A stretch of 63,385 nt of DNA, filler included, from Lenisia limosa (lineage: Eukaryota > Protista > Breviatea), in assembly GCA_001655205.1 (NCBI GenBank). It is 12 parts of 12 records of this genome, joined end to end, with 100 filler letters (N's around TTAATTAATTAA, not from the genome) between each part and the next. Parts side by side here need not be neighbours in the genome. Positions count along the whole stretch, not along the records: positions 19,674 to 47,108 come from LPNZ01003667.1; 11 more parts are not named here. One strand, 5' to 3'. Of the stretch, positions 27,201 through 41,300 are shown one piece after another. Position numbers and translations under genes: made by a program. The notes below the pieces were generated by a model. The model did no database searches. It had not been told where the DNA came from and worked only from the letters and a program-made list of their open reading frames with translations. Numbering within the stretch: position 1 is the first letter of the stretch; each line of letters opens with the position of its first letter.

Positions 27201-30200
27201 AGAGCAAATTCCTTGATAATCAGATACAGTGTCAGCGAACTGGAATATGATCAATTGATTCAATGCTGCAAGCGCAATTATAACCATACCAGTTTGGCCA
27301 TTTAAGGACCATTGTGGAGGAGATGCAGCAGAGAACCCAGAACCAATCACTGTTATCTGAATCGTAAACCTGAAGTTATTTGGAAGAATGGCAAGAGTAT
27401 GAGTTGTACGAGGAAAATGATCAAACTCCTTTGAAAAAGATGGTGTAGCCGCGGGCACAACCAATCAATAAAAGCTATATCCATTGAAAGAGTCAACATT
27501 TTCATGATAATTTTTCCAATTTCCCAATTGTATCAATTGTCCTACCCTCGATGACGCTGATGTAGCAGCTCTGGTTGATAAATGTGACAGCGGCATCACC
27601 GTGGCGACTACTACTGTGTCTCCAGCCTGAAGGGTTACATTTAACAGATCATTAATAAATTCAAACATGAAGATCACACGAGGAAAAGTGTCGAGTTTTA
27701 TCAAAAAAAAAAACCACAATTTTACATAATACACTTACAATGCTTGTGACATGCCGATGGTCCTCGAGATATTTACTATTGTACCCAATGGAAATGGAAA
27801 TAGTCGCTCCAGTTGCCGGCAAATAAGCTGCTTTATCAGTTTGTTCATAATACCGCCATCATTTTATCCCCTTTTACTTGGGCTGAAGTCACACTGTTGT
27901 CTCAAGCCATTTTGTACGAGGTTTTTACTCATAAATCTGCGAGGCTCTCCGGTTGACTAATCAATCAGCATTTTTTAAACCTTCGCAACAAAATGTGACA
28001 AATATTATGTATTTTTGAATGGGTTTGTATCATATTTAAGTTCCAAAGAGAGAGCTTGGTAAGAAAGACGATCCTCAAGTGACTCAAACAACATGATATG
28101 TAAATTGCAATGAAATAATCACATTAGGAAAGGGATGCACCATACTATTACCCACAAACTGCCAAATAAGAAAAGATGCAAGTTACAGAAGGTGCGTAGT
28201 CGTCAATCGGCTGAGACAGTTCCATCTATCAGTCCATAAACCTCAAACAAACAGAAGAGCAATCAATAGACAGAATAGCAATCAATAGACAGAATAGCAA
28301 TCAATAAATTGCATATCACCTGAGTCCACAACCAACATAGAACGTGGAACCTGCAATTACGGGGAATGCGGTGACCTCGGGAAATTGCGGCAAAATGTAC
28401 ACCTCACGTGAGTACAACAAGTACCCGCCCGATAATATCTTCAATGTCTAAAAAAATGGGTCAACAAACTCTTAATTTTAATTCAGATTTAAAGAATAGT
28501 GCTCAAGCGTTCAAGATGGATTGTTGAATGAAGTCAGCCCACTTGGTTGCCTTGAAGGTGGTGTGGTATACTTGATATTGAAATGTCATGTCCACCAAAT
28601 CCAGCTTGACCTTGGGTGTAAGAAAACTATGGAACATATAAGCAATACTCTAGAAATCAATGGATTAGTAATCACCCCAATAAAGTTGTGGCGTAATCAA
28701 AAATATAAATGAGAGATTTTTGAAAAAGCATCATGTAATACCGAATTATATTTAATGATATGTATGTAATCATGACCCAAAATAGTCCTATTCCTGAAAT
28801 AGTCCTGTACTCCGTCCACGCACTTAAATGGAACTGAGTATCGGCAATTTGCACTTTGGTTGCGTCTGGGCAGCTTGTGGTCTATAATGTAAAAAATAAT
28901 CTGGAAAAAACTGAATCAACGCTGCAATTAGTGCCTACCCTGTCAACAACAGCTCGAGCACCAACCTAAATATAATAAATTTCAAATAAGATGTCACATC
29001 AATAGTGCAAGCATCAAACCACATACAGTCAAGCAAGGGTTGCACGTAGACAACATTTCACCGTTTTCGGTTTTGCATTTGTCCCGTCCACAGTCCAAAT
29101 CCATGAAGAGCGCAGACTGTGGTATAAAATAACAGAACAGGAAATTATTATTCCGAAATGTTCCTTTGTGTTCAATATACATTGTATCCTATTTGGTGCC
29201 AATTAAGTTTAATAATATTGACAAAGAGTCTTACCACTGCGTCAGCATAATCACAAGAGGGAGGAGGAGAATAGGGTCCGGACTCTGAAACAGTTATTGG
29301 CTGTAATTGTAGAATTATCCGCAATAAACTTATTCGAGAGATATCCTGTAACCTCTCCCACTCATTGCGATATAGCCAGCAGTAATAACATCCGGTTCGA
29401 CGGATATGTATTTTTCCTGAATTGGTAAATCAGATGAAAGGAAAAAAGGATTCGCACCCAAATGCCAGTAAACGTGTTATCAGGTCTGCCAATACTGTCA
29501 GTATCCCCTCTTCGGAAACAGGTCTTTGCTGCATTGTGAGAACCGTTGCTAAGAGAAAAGGGACAAACATTTATCACAAAGGACAGCGTTTGCCTCGTAA
29601 AAGGCCACCATTGGGGTGTCAAAGGTAGTTGCGTTAAATATATCATAACGAGTTGCTGCAATGTTCTACAATGGTAAAAACAGTTGTGTGACTCGAAACT
29701 TGATATTGATAAAATAAACACTCTCAATCCGAAAATGGGAACACTTTAAAGTTGGTTGCGGTTGGGTATATTATAGCAATGATAAATACAAAATAAGGTT
29801 GTATCTGGCCGAAGCCATCCACACAATCACGCTCTCAGAGATATTTGATTGCAGCATAATATCACCCAATCATTTGCCTAGCAACTCTGTGTTGGGGTGT
29901 ACCAAAAGATATGAGACTTGAACTAACCATTGACGGGACAGTGTCCACAATAGCACTTGGGGGGTTACACACCAGAACGTCTTCGGAGTTGTCTAATGAG
30001 TCAGCCATTAGTCCATAGAAGGCCTTCAACAAACCTGTGAAGAAAACTAGGTAGTCCAGGTTTTTGTTGATCTGAATGAATAAGCACAGGTTTCACAGAG
30101 CTTTTTATAATATCATACGAGTAGCAAGTATGACAATCATTTGTTGATAAAATAACTTGCCCTCAAACCTCAAAAGAAGATACATTTCTACCTGCTAATT

Positions 30201-33200
30201 GAGGCACAACTTCATCGAGGTATGTTGGCTAGAATTTTAACAATGTCACTAAACAGCAATCGTTGTGGAATAAACAAAATAAACATATTTCTCCACATAT
30301 GCCATGCTGAGACAAACCTCACTAAATGCTCCCATTCCTTCTGTACAGGATACTGCATGTCCAGATCCTAGAGAGTGTCAAAATAATAAGATAATAATAT
30401 TTACAACAGATTCCCCTAAAATAGCACCTTGTATGACCACCACTCTGCCTGATGACGTGAGACAAAAACTTGATGATGAAGCGAAGTGGTCAATGCATCC
30501 AACAAAACTGAAATAAATAATGGAGTAGTTATTTTGAATAAAAAGACCTACGAAAAATCTGATATTTTCCCGTGGAGACCTTCTAAATTGTCTACCACCA
30601 AAGAGTCTTTATTCACAACAAAATAAACACTTTTAGTTGAGAATCAGCAATACAGTATTCCCAAAACGGCTTTGTAATTTTTTGTTATTTAAATAATTCC
30701 AAAGGGAGATTAGTTTAAATATTTATTACAATTTTATGATATCACATTGTCCACACTTGACCCAACAAACGGTTGATTTAGTAAGGAGCTGTTTCTGACC
30801 GAAATATCGACATCATCCGTATATGTCAAATAACTGTTTAATGCTAAAAAAATAAGTATTTAACTCAAACAGAAAAATTGAAATTTCAATTGACAACAAT
30901 CCCAAATTACCTCTGTCAATTTCGACATTGGTAATGGAATCGTCAGAAACTAGATGGTGAGTTTGCTAAACATAATAACACTCAATATGCTATTGCAACC
31001 GTCTTTTACCTGTATCTACAGGTTGAGGATCAATCCAGGTAAATTGCATATGATGTTATATGGGGTATGTCATATTGCGGTCGCAGGCCTCTAGGTCTTA
31101 CATTTCAACTGTTACACGTGAGTGCAATTTGCCGAAGATAGACATTTTTGCTCTCTTTCATATTCTGATACATTCATACTACACTCACTCAACAGCTTAC
31201 GATCAATATGCAACGGACGGTTGAGTTCGAAGAAGAACTGCTTCTCTCCAACCTGAGGGTAGGTCCACAGGTCAGTAGCCATCCACTGCCCATCATCTTC
31301 AATGGTAACAAATATGTATTCTAGAAATCGTAGAACTGTATGGTTGCCCTTCCACTTCCGTAAAGCTCACATCGTTGATAAACATAATCGTACGGACAGT
31401 TCTGTGTGTCAGGCTTTTCTAAGGTGACTTGAGACGTGGTCATTTCATAACACGCGTTAGCTAGATGGTGACAAGAGTGACTGAAAAAGTATGATACAAA
31501 ATACATATGATAGATTATGTATATCTCATGCGGTTGTTAGAAAAACATGGCTCACTAGTTTGGTCAAAGAAGAAGCCCTGTTGCTTCTTATCAAATGAAA
31601 CCGGAGTGGTGAAGTGAAAATACCTCTTGGTGTCCCTAGATTCATCACATTGAGTGAGAAAAGGAAAATATTTGCTTCTTTTCGTTCTCAAATGTTTACA
31701 ACTTGATTGGACTGAAGGAATCAGAATAGGAATATCTCATGTTGCTGTTTCATAATTTTCTCACCCACCCACTTTACGGTTGTGGAAGGGTAGTCAAAGA
31801 TCTGATTAACGGTTTCTCCTGGAAGAGCTAGGATGTGAGTTTTTTGTGGGATATAAATAATGAGACGAGACAATTTCAGTAACCCTTATCCAGCAAACCT
31901 GGTAACAAGCAGCGCAGGATGGAAGTCACCGAAGAACACCCCAAATGCCCTGCTGGGCTGATGACAGAATCCGAGCCCCCCGAAGGTCTGTGGTACCACA
32001 TGTTATCACCCGTTTCTAAACTATTAAAAAGTCATATCCTGGTTTCAGATCTTCTCAAAATATAAGGAATTGGTCAAATCGTTATACAAAACATTGCACA
32101 ACCTGGTACTGTGGTATCTTAAACAATAATATGGAATCAAATGGTATAGTTAGTGCTTCCCAACGGTCCCAAGAAAAGACCGAATCTCTCGATAATCCTC
32201 GATCAATATCGGTCTTTTTCGGACCGCAGGGAAGCCCAAGGTGTAGCACTGTGAAAAACAAACTTAAGTGAATAGTACTGCAGTACTATGAAAGACAAAC
32301 TTAAGTGAATAGTACTGTGAAAGACAAACTCAAGTATGTAATATCGCCATTGGGAAAATACGTTCCATCTGAGGCTCCAGAAACTCGGTGGTCTTCCTAC
32401 GTTGTTATTTTGTATGAGTTGCTGTAAAAGAACAAATAATGACTTGTAACTGGTGTAAACATAATGGTGTTTTCTAACCCGCAAATAATTATGAGAAATC
32501 TAGGAAATTATTAGCAGACCTGGGGTGTTGATCCGGCTGAGACGCTACTAAAGTACACCATTTCTCCGGTGCCTATGAAAATTAGAATTGTGTTGAAAGA
32601 AAGAGCCAATGTTGGGGGTTCAAATGTTGGGGGTTCAAAAAATCTCAAAGCAAGAAGCTAACTTGTCTCCACGACCAGTTTGCTAGTAGCAAGATGGGCA
32701 GCATTACAAGTCACCGCGTTAGATACCTGGAAGATTTGGTTCATGAATTAAAGACGTTCTATATGTGAACTATCATTTTCCATGCAGTGATATGCATATC
32801 ATATGTATGTTACCTCATGTCCACTTGTGTGATAATTGGCCGACAAGTCTCAACGATACTATGATACACTCGGGATGAACCCCCGTGTTATCTTCGTTCA
32901 TCTTTTAGTCATATGATCATAGAGTGGATATGGGTCAGCATATGACACGCATTTATATCCCGCGCACAGGGAAATTTCCAGTTGTAATAGTCGATGATGT
33001 CACCCAATATATCTTTGTGGCTAAAGGGGTTAATAGAAAGTCAAATTGTAGAAAGTAATTATAGTTTCATGATATAATTTTTTTTCTTTGATCTCACATG
33101 AAAGAAGAATAGCAGTGTTTGGTGATGAGAACTTGGAGCATCCAGCCCTAATGGAGTCGGAGATTCTACATTATGACAGATACCTTCTTTCAATTTCCAA

Positions 33201-34870
33201 ACAAAATTGTATCATATTCTTCAGATTCAACAGTGAAAATATGCAAATCACAAAATCAAAATAGAAATCGATTCCTACAGCAAAATAGAAATAGATTCCA
33301 ACAGCTTGCCTTTTGCAAACATTCTTGTTTTCAAAATGTAAAGGTAAATCCTCAAACCCATTTTCTGAAAGCAGATTGTAAAGTTCATCAAAAGATGGCA
33401 AGCTAGTATAACGTTTTTTGGCGGCGTATATGACGTTGTTGGTGCCCCAAATTAGGTTACCAAAGACATCCCTAAATTGGTTGAGGGAGAATAAGAATAG
33501 GTTTCTGGAAGCGGTTGAGTGTGAACAATATTATGTCTATCGATCAAAACTGAAAGATATATTCTGTTTGTCATACAAGAACCCGAAAAAATATAATAAT
33601 GTGCAACTATGTGAAAATCATGCATATGGAAGTAGTAATAAGCAAAGGAAAGCTATTATTTGGCTCATCCGCTTACTTAATCGATGTGTATTTGAGTTGA
33701 GCATCCAAGTTGAAATAATGCTCAGTCTCTTTCAGGGAAGTTGCAGGCATGCCATAGAGGAACGTTCCTGCTTTGGAGTAGACCAATGTTACCACTGCGG
33801 TGTTAGAGTCAAAATGTCACCACTGCGGTGTTAGAGCCAAAATGTTAGAGTCCTCAAAGCAACTCTTGATGAGCAGCAGGCCAAGCCTCATCCGAGATAA
33901 ATGGTGTTTAATCTATGATTCGTTCGTGATGTAGCTTTAGGAAGAATATTATTTGTCTATTTGTATTTCTCGTATATAGATATGGATATAGTTAAACAAA
34001 CGTAATAAGAAAATGATTCCATAGAGCCAGCTGTCCTTCCTTGCAGCCATCGTTAATCTGTATCAGTTATGGAAGTGATCACCTGAACCAACCAACTACT
34101 TGTTCAAGGGACTAGAATGAAGTTCAAGTATCTTAGACAGCTAATATGCCTGTTGACTCCCTGTTGAGGACATAATACTTGTAGCTTCCAGAATTGCTGT
34201 TGAAGGCGGATAAGTTGAGAGATCCGAGGATAAAAATGGGGGGTGGAAACGCTTTAGTGGATATTGTCCTTTATTAATTATATGGTTTTGTGAATATTCT
34301 TGAAATATTAATAGGGAAAGAGAAGCTGTTCGAAGAGCTGAAAGCGGGAAAAGAGAATCTGGCTCGGATTTCACTATCCGCCTTTAACCCGTCTCTTTTG
34401 TGATTGCAGACCCTCCTCTCGGCCTTCTTTGCCATTTGCCTTATATTTGTAATTTTGACCAGATTAATCTTCATCCTCTGCTGAAGTTCTCTTCCGCTCG
34501 GATACTGATCACGTCATCAGCTGAAGGGAACACTACACATGACCTAGGTTGCTACTTCCTTTGGTATGGGGTTGAGTGGTGATGGACTGGAAATAGAGAG
34601 ATGTTGTAGTTGAGTGGTGTAAATCTTCGCGAATATTTGGAGTTTGTTTGCTGGTCATCGTTTAGGAGTTTAGGATATGATACTTGTCCTCCTGCTTGTT
34701 CTTCTCCGAGTTGCTCTCGGTATGCTTCCCTAGACCATAAGATAAAAGCCACATGTTATTTCTTTTGAATAAATGTTCATATAATGGTGACAATATTAAA
34801 GGAAACTCACCTCCTCAATGAAATTCGAAATCAGGTGTGAAAAGGGACCATTATTCATCGACACCTGTAA
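21218..34870 (-). CDS. Giant cell-surface receptor-like protein, paralog B: unknown N-terminus, TIG/Ig-like repeats, GCC2/GCC3 Cys-rich repeats, CRMP/TRP-like multipass domain; 5' end uncertain
   Basis: Exons include VVTLVYSKAGTFLYGMPATSLKETEHYFNLDAQLKYTSI (donor gtaagc, ~33686); VIGSGFSAASPPQWSLNG (TIG-like); CVCNPGTLRGETCQPCSVG..GTYSTQQNAATCTQCPEGLTTVAEGSSSSDQCTC; CADGYSGPLCSEC; RFSAFRLLVQFIQISALYSEFDLNWP; YGFLYSRFTSLCYFWELVVISR; stop TGA at 21218-21220. Confidence 0.85.
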
Positions 34871-35325
34871 CCAGCGTAGCCCTTGATGGTGTTGGTGTTA
34901 TCGGAAACCCTTTTCTGGGCGAAGCTGGTCCAATTTCCCCTACAAATCCGGTGGGTGTTTTCTGGCACCCATATCCTCTGATATAACAACTCTTACATCT
35001 ATCTCCACAGCGTTGGGTTGGGCTATCTCCACAGCATTGGGTTGGGGTATTGGATGGATGATGAATCTGTTCAGAGTTTAACTCCCAAGCTCTTCCTGGA
35101 AATCGCTGCAACCTTCCGTCCTGGTGTTGCAATTGAGAAAGCGTGTTTGGTAATGTTAGTGGGCCGGAATATTCGGCTAATTGCTAAACTTTGAAAGAAC
35201 GTTTCTGCTCAGTGCATTGGTGTTGTTCATCGTCTATGATATTTACATATATATGATATGATATGTTGCTGGCGTGAAACATTCTAGAATTGTTAACTAT
35301 TTTGCTTCTGACCCCCCATCCTCAG

Positions 35326-38300
35326 GGAAAATGATACTCCAGCTTTGTTCTTTAAAACAAGTGAGCTTTATGTATTACGGCACTTTTTTTTTTATTTGAA
35401 CATATCATATTTAATTATTTGATGATATCTTATATCCATATCCTTGTGAATGGGATGAAGGGTGAAAGTAGCTGTTTAAGCCCATTCTTTTTCCTCAGCT
35501 ATTCTTGATCTTTTATCCCTTTTTAGATGAAGCAACTGATAATGTCTATGTTGTTGAGAAGGTCTATTGGCATGAAGGAGATTTTGTATGCTGGATGTTG
35601 CATTGGGCTTTCATCTTTATATGTTGGTGTTTAGCATTAATTTGAAACTTTAGGACTCAGCCCAGTCACTAGGCACCTTCGATGCTCTCCATTGTGGCAG
35701 TTATAAATACGCCATTACTGTTGACGGTATGACACGAAGCCTTATGCTGTTGAAATTTGAAATTGTGAAGCTTGGCCTTTGTGTCATAGTTTGCTCATAG
35801 AACACCAAACAAGCAACCTATGAAATAGAATATTATACAAACATTCAATATCCAATGCATTGGTAACATCTCCCAATCTTGATATGAAATGCTCTTTTGC
35901 CAATCACCGCTTGAAGCATCGCGAAAAGTTGTTGCTTATAACTACCGTGGCGATACAACTTCGAGGTTTGCAAAATGTAGCGTTAAATTTGCTAATGGTG
36001 TTTTCAGATAAACACTGTGTTAATTCTGAATACGACTTTATTGCCTTTGAGGATGGGGTACATTTTGAAAGAACCTTAAGGATTTGATAACGTGCAAAGC
36101 CATTTCAGAACAATCTTCGAATAAAAGTCGATTTGCATCTTTAGCTTTGTAGTCAAATGTTATATTCTTGAAACTGATAATGGCAGCACTTCACCTTTGT
36201 CTATTGGTAACCAGCCGATTCTTCCTGCTGATTGCGACTATCAAAGAGGCCTTTGCCTCAAAAACCCTCCAGGTAAGGAAGAAAACTCTCTCCAATGTAG
36301 TATGTCTTGCACTGGTTGAATTATAGGTGTTTATAATTATGATTAATGTTGTAGCGAAAGAAGTTGGCTTCATTCTATCAAGTGGAGCGATTCACTACCA
36401 GAACTCATCCGACATCTTTCTTGGATTCCCTTCAAAGTCTGAGGGGGCTTACTCCAAATTGTGAAACCTCTGTAATAGGATTTCACTTCGATTCAATACC
36501 GGTTAAGTGTCAATAATTTTCGAAGATATATCAAGAAATTCAGTCTTTTTTCGAACCGAAAAATGAAGCCCTACTCTGTACTAAATGGTACAATACTCAC
36601 CTACGATTCTCACTGTTTTAGGGTGACATATGCACAGAACTTGTTCACTATTGAGGATGGTAAGCAAATAATTGCATTTATACTGTAGATACCGGTGCTA
36701 CGTTCACTTTCAGTGACAGTCGAATTGGACTGATAACGTCAATGAATCAGTAAGTGAAATCAAAAAAACTGCAATATGAATGTCAGATTGGAGGTTTACA
36801 GTTATTTAAAGGAACCCCCAAGTTTGGTTTACTGTGGCGACTAAAATATGGATTTAATTTTACATTTCGGCACACCTCATTTCCTCACGATCTAGATGGC
36901 CAACTGACTACTCATTCACCGATATTCGCTGCGCTAGAAAGATGGGGTGGTCCACTAACAAAATGTGTTACCAAAGTCTGAGAGAGGCTGCACTATTATT
37001 ACAATCAATTGTTTTTCAAAACAAGTCAAAAACTAAGAATTTTAGAGAAAGACGGGACCTTTTCCCCCTTGAGCTCCAATTTGGCTCCTCCAGCTTACGT
37101 AACTGATTTGACACCTATGGATGAAGGATGCTACTTCTTCAAAAACCCAGGTTTGGAGTAATGTCACTCCATTTTGTTAAAACCTTTGCCTTTATTATTT
37201 CTGGTATCACTGTTTCAGCAAATGAGATTTTTGTTTGGAACGATTGTTTGGCACATTACCCAAGACATGCTGGAATTGAAGGTATGTATGAAGGCTATTT
37301 CGACATTAATACAAAACCCAGCATTTACTTATTACATTTAGACGATCCTTCTGATCGCTTGGCACGGGTGATTCTGGAACCCCACCCAGAGGATGTCTTC
37401 CATCCACGCTATGTCGTATTTCAAACTGAAGGTGGGAGCTATGATATTTTCAAAATATGGTGTAGACCTGCTAATGCATTTGTCCGCCAAGCTACATATA
37501 TTTTTAACCTCCAGCAAACGAATGGTATTTTTATAATGGCTTCACAAAAGACCCTTTGCCGACGCCCACAATCCCAAATGGTCAAAACTGCAGGTTCATG
37601 GACGCGATGGTTGTGTGTATGTGGGAGTATTTGTAGGTAGTGTATGGTATCCTGTTTCAAACACTGGTTTATATCTCAAAATCTCATTTCCCCGAATAGT
37701 TCTTCCCATTCAGTTTTTATTGTCGAAGTCTGTTTTGACATCAGATATGATATGTTATTCTTTAGGCAATTCTCACGACATTGTTTGGTCTGCGTTCCCG
37801 ATGGATCATCTCAACTCCATTGTTAGTTTCCATTTCATTGTCTCAAACATTAATCAATCATTTACTTGAGATGTTGACTTTATCGGTCATTTAAACGAAA
37901 ACCCAAAATCACATCTGATGGTCCATCTGTCAGAATAAGTCGCACCTCACATACCAGATGACTGGAGCTACCGCCGATATTATTGAAGCTACGCAACACG
38001 CTGTGCTCTTTGGTTGGCTTTTGGTGATTTTGGTGGATCTTGGGTGATTAGTGGGAAACTCCTTTAACCATTTGTAATATAATTGAGTTCTATTCCGGCT
38101 TTTATTTGAATAACGTTGGGCTCCGTGCAATTAATTGGAAAATTAATTGCAGAATTTGAAGTGTGACCTATTGTCATGTTACTCAATTTCAGAAACTTTA
38201 ATTTCAAATTTTGTCTTTAAAAAATTAATTGCACGGAGCCTTAAAATAAAGTGTAAGATGTTGAAAATGAAATACCTCTAGTAAATGAGTATAATGTGCA

Positions 38301-41300
38301 CATTTACGAGGGTTGACACTGCAGATGACGGGTCTGTCTACTCCTATGACTATCAGAGATTCCTGAACCTATCATCATCTACAGGCAAAGTGAGATGATG
38401 AGTATTTACAATGCTTCAATAATTCTAGATAATGTATATGAAAGCAATAATGATGCTTAATTAGCCGGATGACAATTATTTTCCATCATCAACGCCCAGG
38501 CTGTTCACCTTGGAGCGCGTTACTTTTCAAAGGAACAGAATTTCGATGCGGGTACTACTGTGTTCAATGGTGTGCTTTTCTTATTTAGTGCTGGATAGTT
38601 GTGGCAAAATACAACCATTGAATTGAAGAATGGTTAAAAAACGAGCCATTTTGACATTGCGACTAACTGATTAGAAAACAACGAGGGGTTTGCATTTGGC
38701 AGCGGCTTGACTTCCTCTGTTGGACGTAGGCAAATTGGTCCCTATTCCTCTCCCCCTAATTGTAAATTATATAAATGATATATTGGTGTTCTTCTTTCTG
38801 ACCTCAAGGTGACACGCGGTGTGATGGCGGGACTCTTCTGGCATCCGATCCCGGAGGTGCGTGTTGGAAGCACTTCAATACCAAGAAGGGGGCATAAAGC
38901 ACATATTTTTGTCGTGTCCTTCATCAACGCACTTAGTTTGGAAGCTTGACCAGCCTTCATTGAAAGACATGGCCTGTGATTCCAATAGATGTTATTTTCT
39001 GACAGGTGGGGGGACTCACTGTTCTTCAAGGCAATGTATTATGCTGCTAAGGTATTTGATGTCACGATGTGAAGAGCATGAGGGTGATGGTGTTTAATGT
39101 GAAGAGCATCAGGGTGATGGTGTATAATAATCGTGATTGCAACTCGCATTTTACTTTTGGAATCTTAGAAATCCCAAGCTTCTGTAACTTAATTAAGGTG
39201 ACAATGATATACTACAATGCAGCCCTGGTCCCGATACGACTTCTTCAGGGTGTAGCGAAATGACAGGCCTAAAGCGAAAAAGCACATATTACTTTGGATC
39301 AGGTATGTAACCGTTAAAACAGTCCACTTATATTTTAGATGAAAGGTACCAGTATTGTTTTGCAGGAACCGTGAAAACCTTAACAACAGATTACATCGGG
39401 TTCCATGAGTACGTTGAGTTTTCAGGTATGGGAAAACTACATTAACCAACAAAATACTAGTTCGCTCATTGTTAACATATTTTGATGTGCAGTGTCTGTT
39501 TCATCCGAATTAATATCTAACTATCTAGTGTCAGGTAATGTCAAGTGGATGAACGGAAACACAAACCGACGCAGAACGGGCGGTATTTCGAAAGTCCTTG
39601 CTGGATTCCATTACACCTTCTTTGTTGAGCACGGTAGGCTTCGCTTTTCATTTTCTATTTATTCTTCAGCGCCTTCTTCTGAAAACAAGGTTGCAACTTT
39701 AACGGATTACTGGCCTAAAACAGCTTTTTATGATATTCCATTCAATATCACTTATGAATTGGTAGGTTGCAGAATCCTTGATTATTGAGATTGGCAATTA
39801 TCAACCATTTGTATTTATTCCTTCAGCCCAACTTGGCGGGTTACACTGTTCAAGACGCACAGATGTACCATAACCATCTTGGGTTCCCCACTACCCCCGG
39901 CTATCAGGTATGCTTCATAGTGGAATTCAACCATGTTTATCTATCCTACCTATTTCTATTATACACAATGGAATCGATAACCTGGTGCCATGCAAAAATG
40001 AGATTGTCGTTGATAAATTTAATCTTGTAATGTTATTTGTTTTACCGCATTCAGTCCGGCCCCACGACTATTGTTGCTGGCCCTATTAAGGAGACTTACA
40101 GCCGTGCTTACGTGAGTCATTATGCTTTAGGGATCATTGTCATTTTATCGTGTTTTTGGAGTTTTATTTAATCTGCAAAATCCCGAAAGAGCTTCTGACA
40201 AATTAGACCAAACTCGGTGTGGACGGATTCCAGGCCCCACAAGTTGGCGTGACAATGGTGTCTTTCTCGACCATTTTACCCATGAGCATTGGGCCTCCTG
40301 TAGTGGACTTTGACCTAACCATCCCCGAGTTCACAATGAGCGACTTGTCATTGATTGTACGGTGCCACATTTTAACTGTTTATTCTCAATATGATATTTT
40401 ATTAATTATGTTCAGTTGGAATCTCAACATGATAATTAATGATGTTCAGTTGGAGTTTCAGCTTGTTGAAGAAGTATCTAAAACTGCGATTACGTGCCCT
40501 CTGGTTCCCACAACAGAAGTTGGCAATATTACAATCAGCTGTGACCTCTCTGTCCTTGAGGGGGGTTTGACTTTCTTCATGCGGACAGTGGTAGGCTGTT
40601 TGTTCACTTTGAGGGGAGCATCTTCAATTATTTGCTTTTTTTGTTTAACATGTCAAGGCTCTTGGAGATATGTCACTAATTGATCATCCCTTGGTAAAGT
40701 ACACCACAACTCCTGACCCTGTCCTTCAAAAAATTAACACCCCGATTGTGAGTGTTTTGACGATGACAGTTTCAAATGGGGATTGTTGGTATGGTATTTA
40801 AAACTTGGTCTTTGTTTTCTTTTCTGATGCGGCAGGTTGAGCTAAGCGGTACGGAAGCCTATGTCTTAATCTCTGGTCTTGACTTTATTTTTTCCCCTGC
40901 TTCAAGGTAATACCGCTTGAAACTGGCTCCTTATCATTAGATGTAAAATTGGAAACTACACGACTGAGATTCTCTCATATTCCAAAACAGTAAGTTGGAC
41001 GATTCTCTGTGATTCTGAAATACTATCAGTTCTTATACGGCTTTGGTAATTATCTCTACCCTTTGATGATATGCATTCAATTTTCAGTTCCTCCACTTGT
41101 TTCAGATTTTACGAGGTTTTTACAGTTTAGCTTGCAAGATGTCACATTATTGAAGCGATCCCGGAAGGTATTTATCTGGTATGATACCCTTATTCCTCAA
41201 TAGATATTGTTGTTCTTTTCTAGTATGGCTCAATTTACCACACTGACCGAAATTTTCTTGTTTATTTGAGTTCAGGTCCAGATTTCAGGCTTTGATGGAT

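Noticed and set aside
29790-29890. Family B as a tRNA gene (TGGCCGAAG resembles an A box)
   Set aside because: No B box (GTTCGA) at the proper spacing and no cloverleaf seen.
33418-33834. 138-aa plus-strand ORF with a faint SH2-like look (YYVYRSK..FCLSYK)
   Set aside because: It is antisense to well-bounded exons of receptor B (e.g. VVTLVYSKAG..YTSI with a gtaagc donor).
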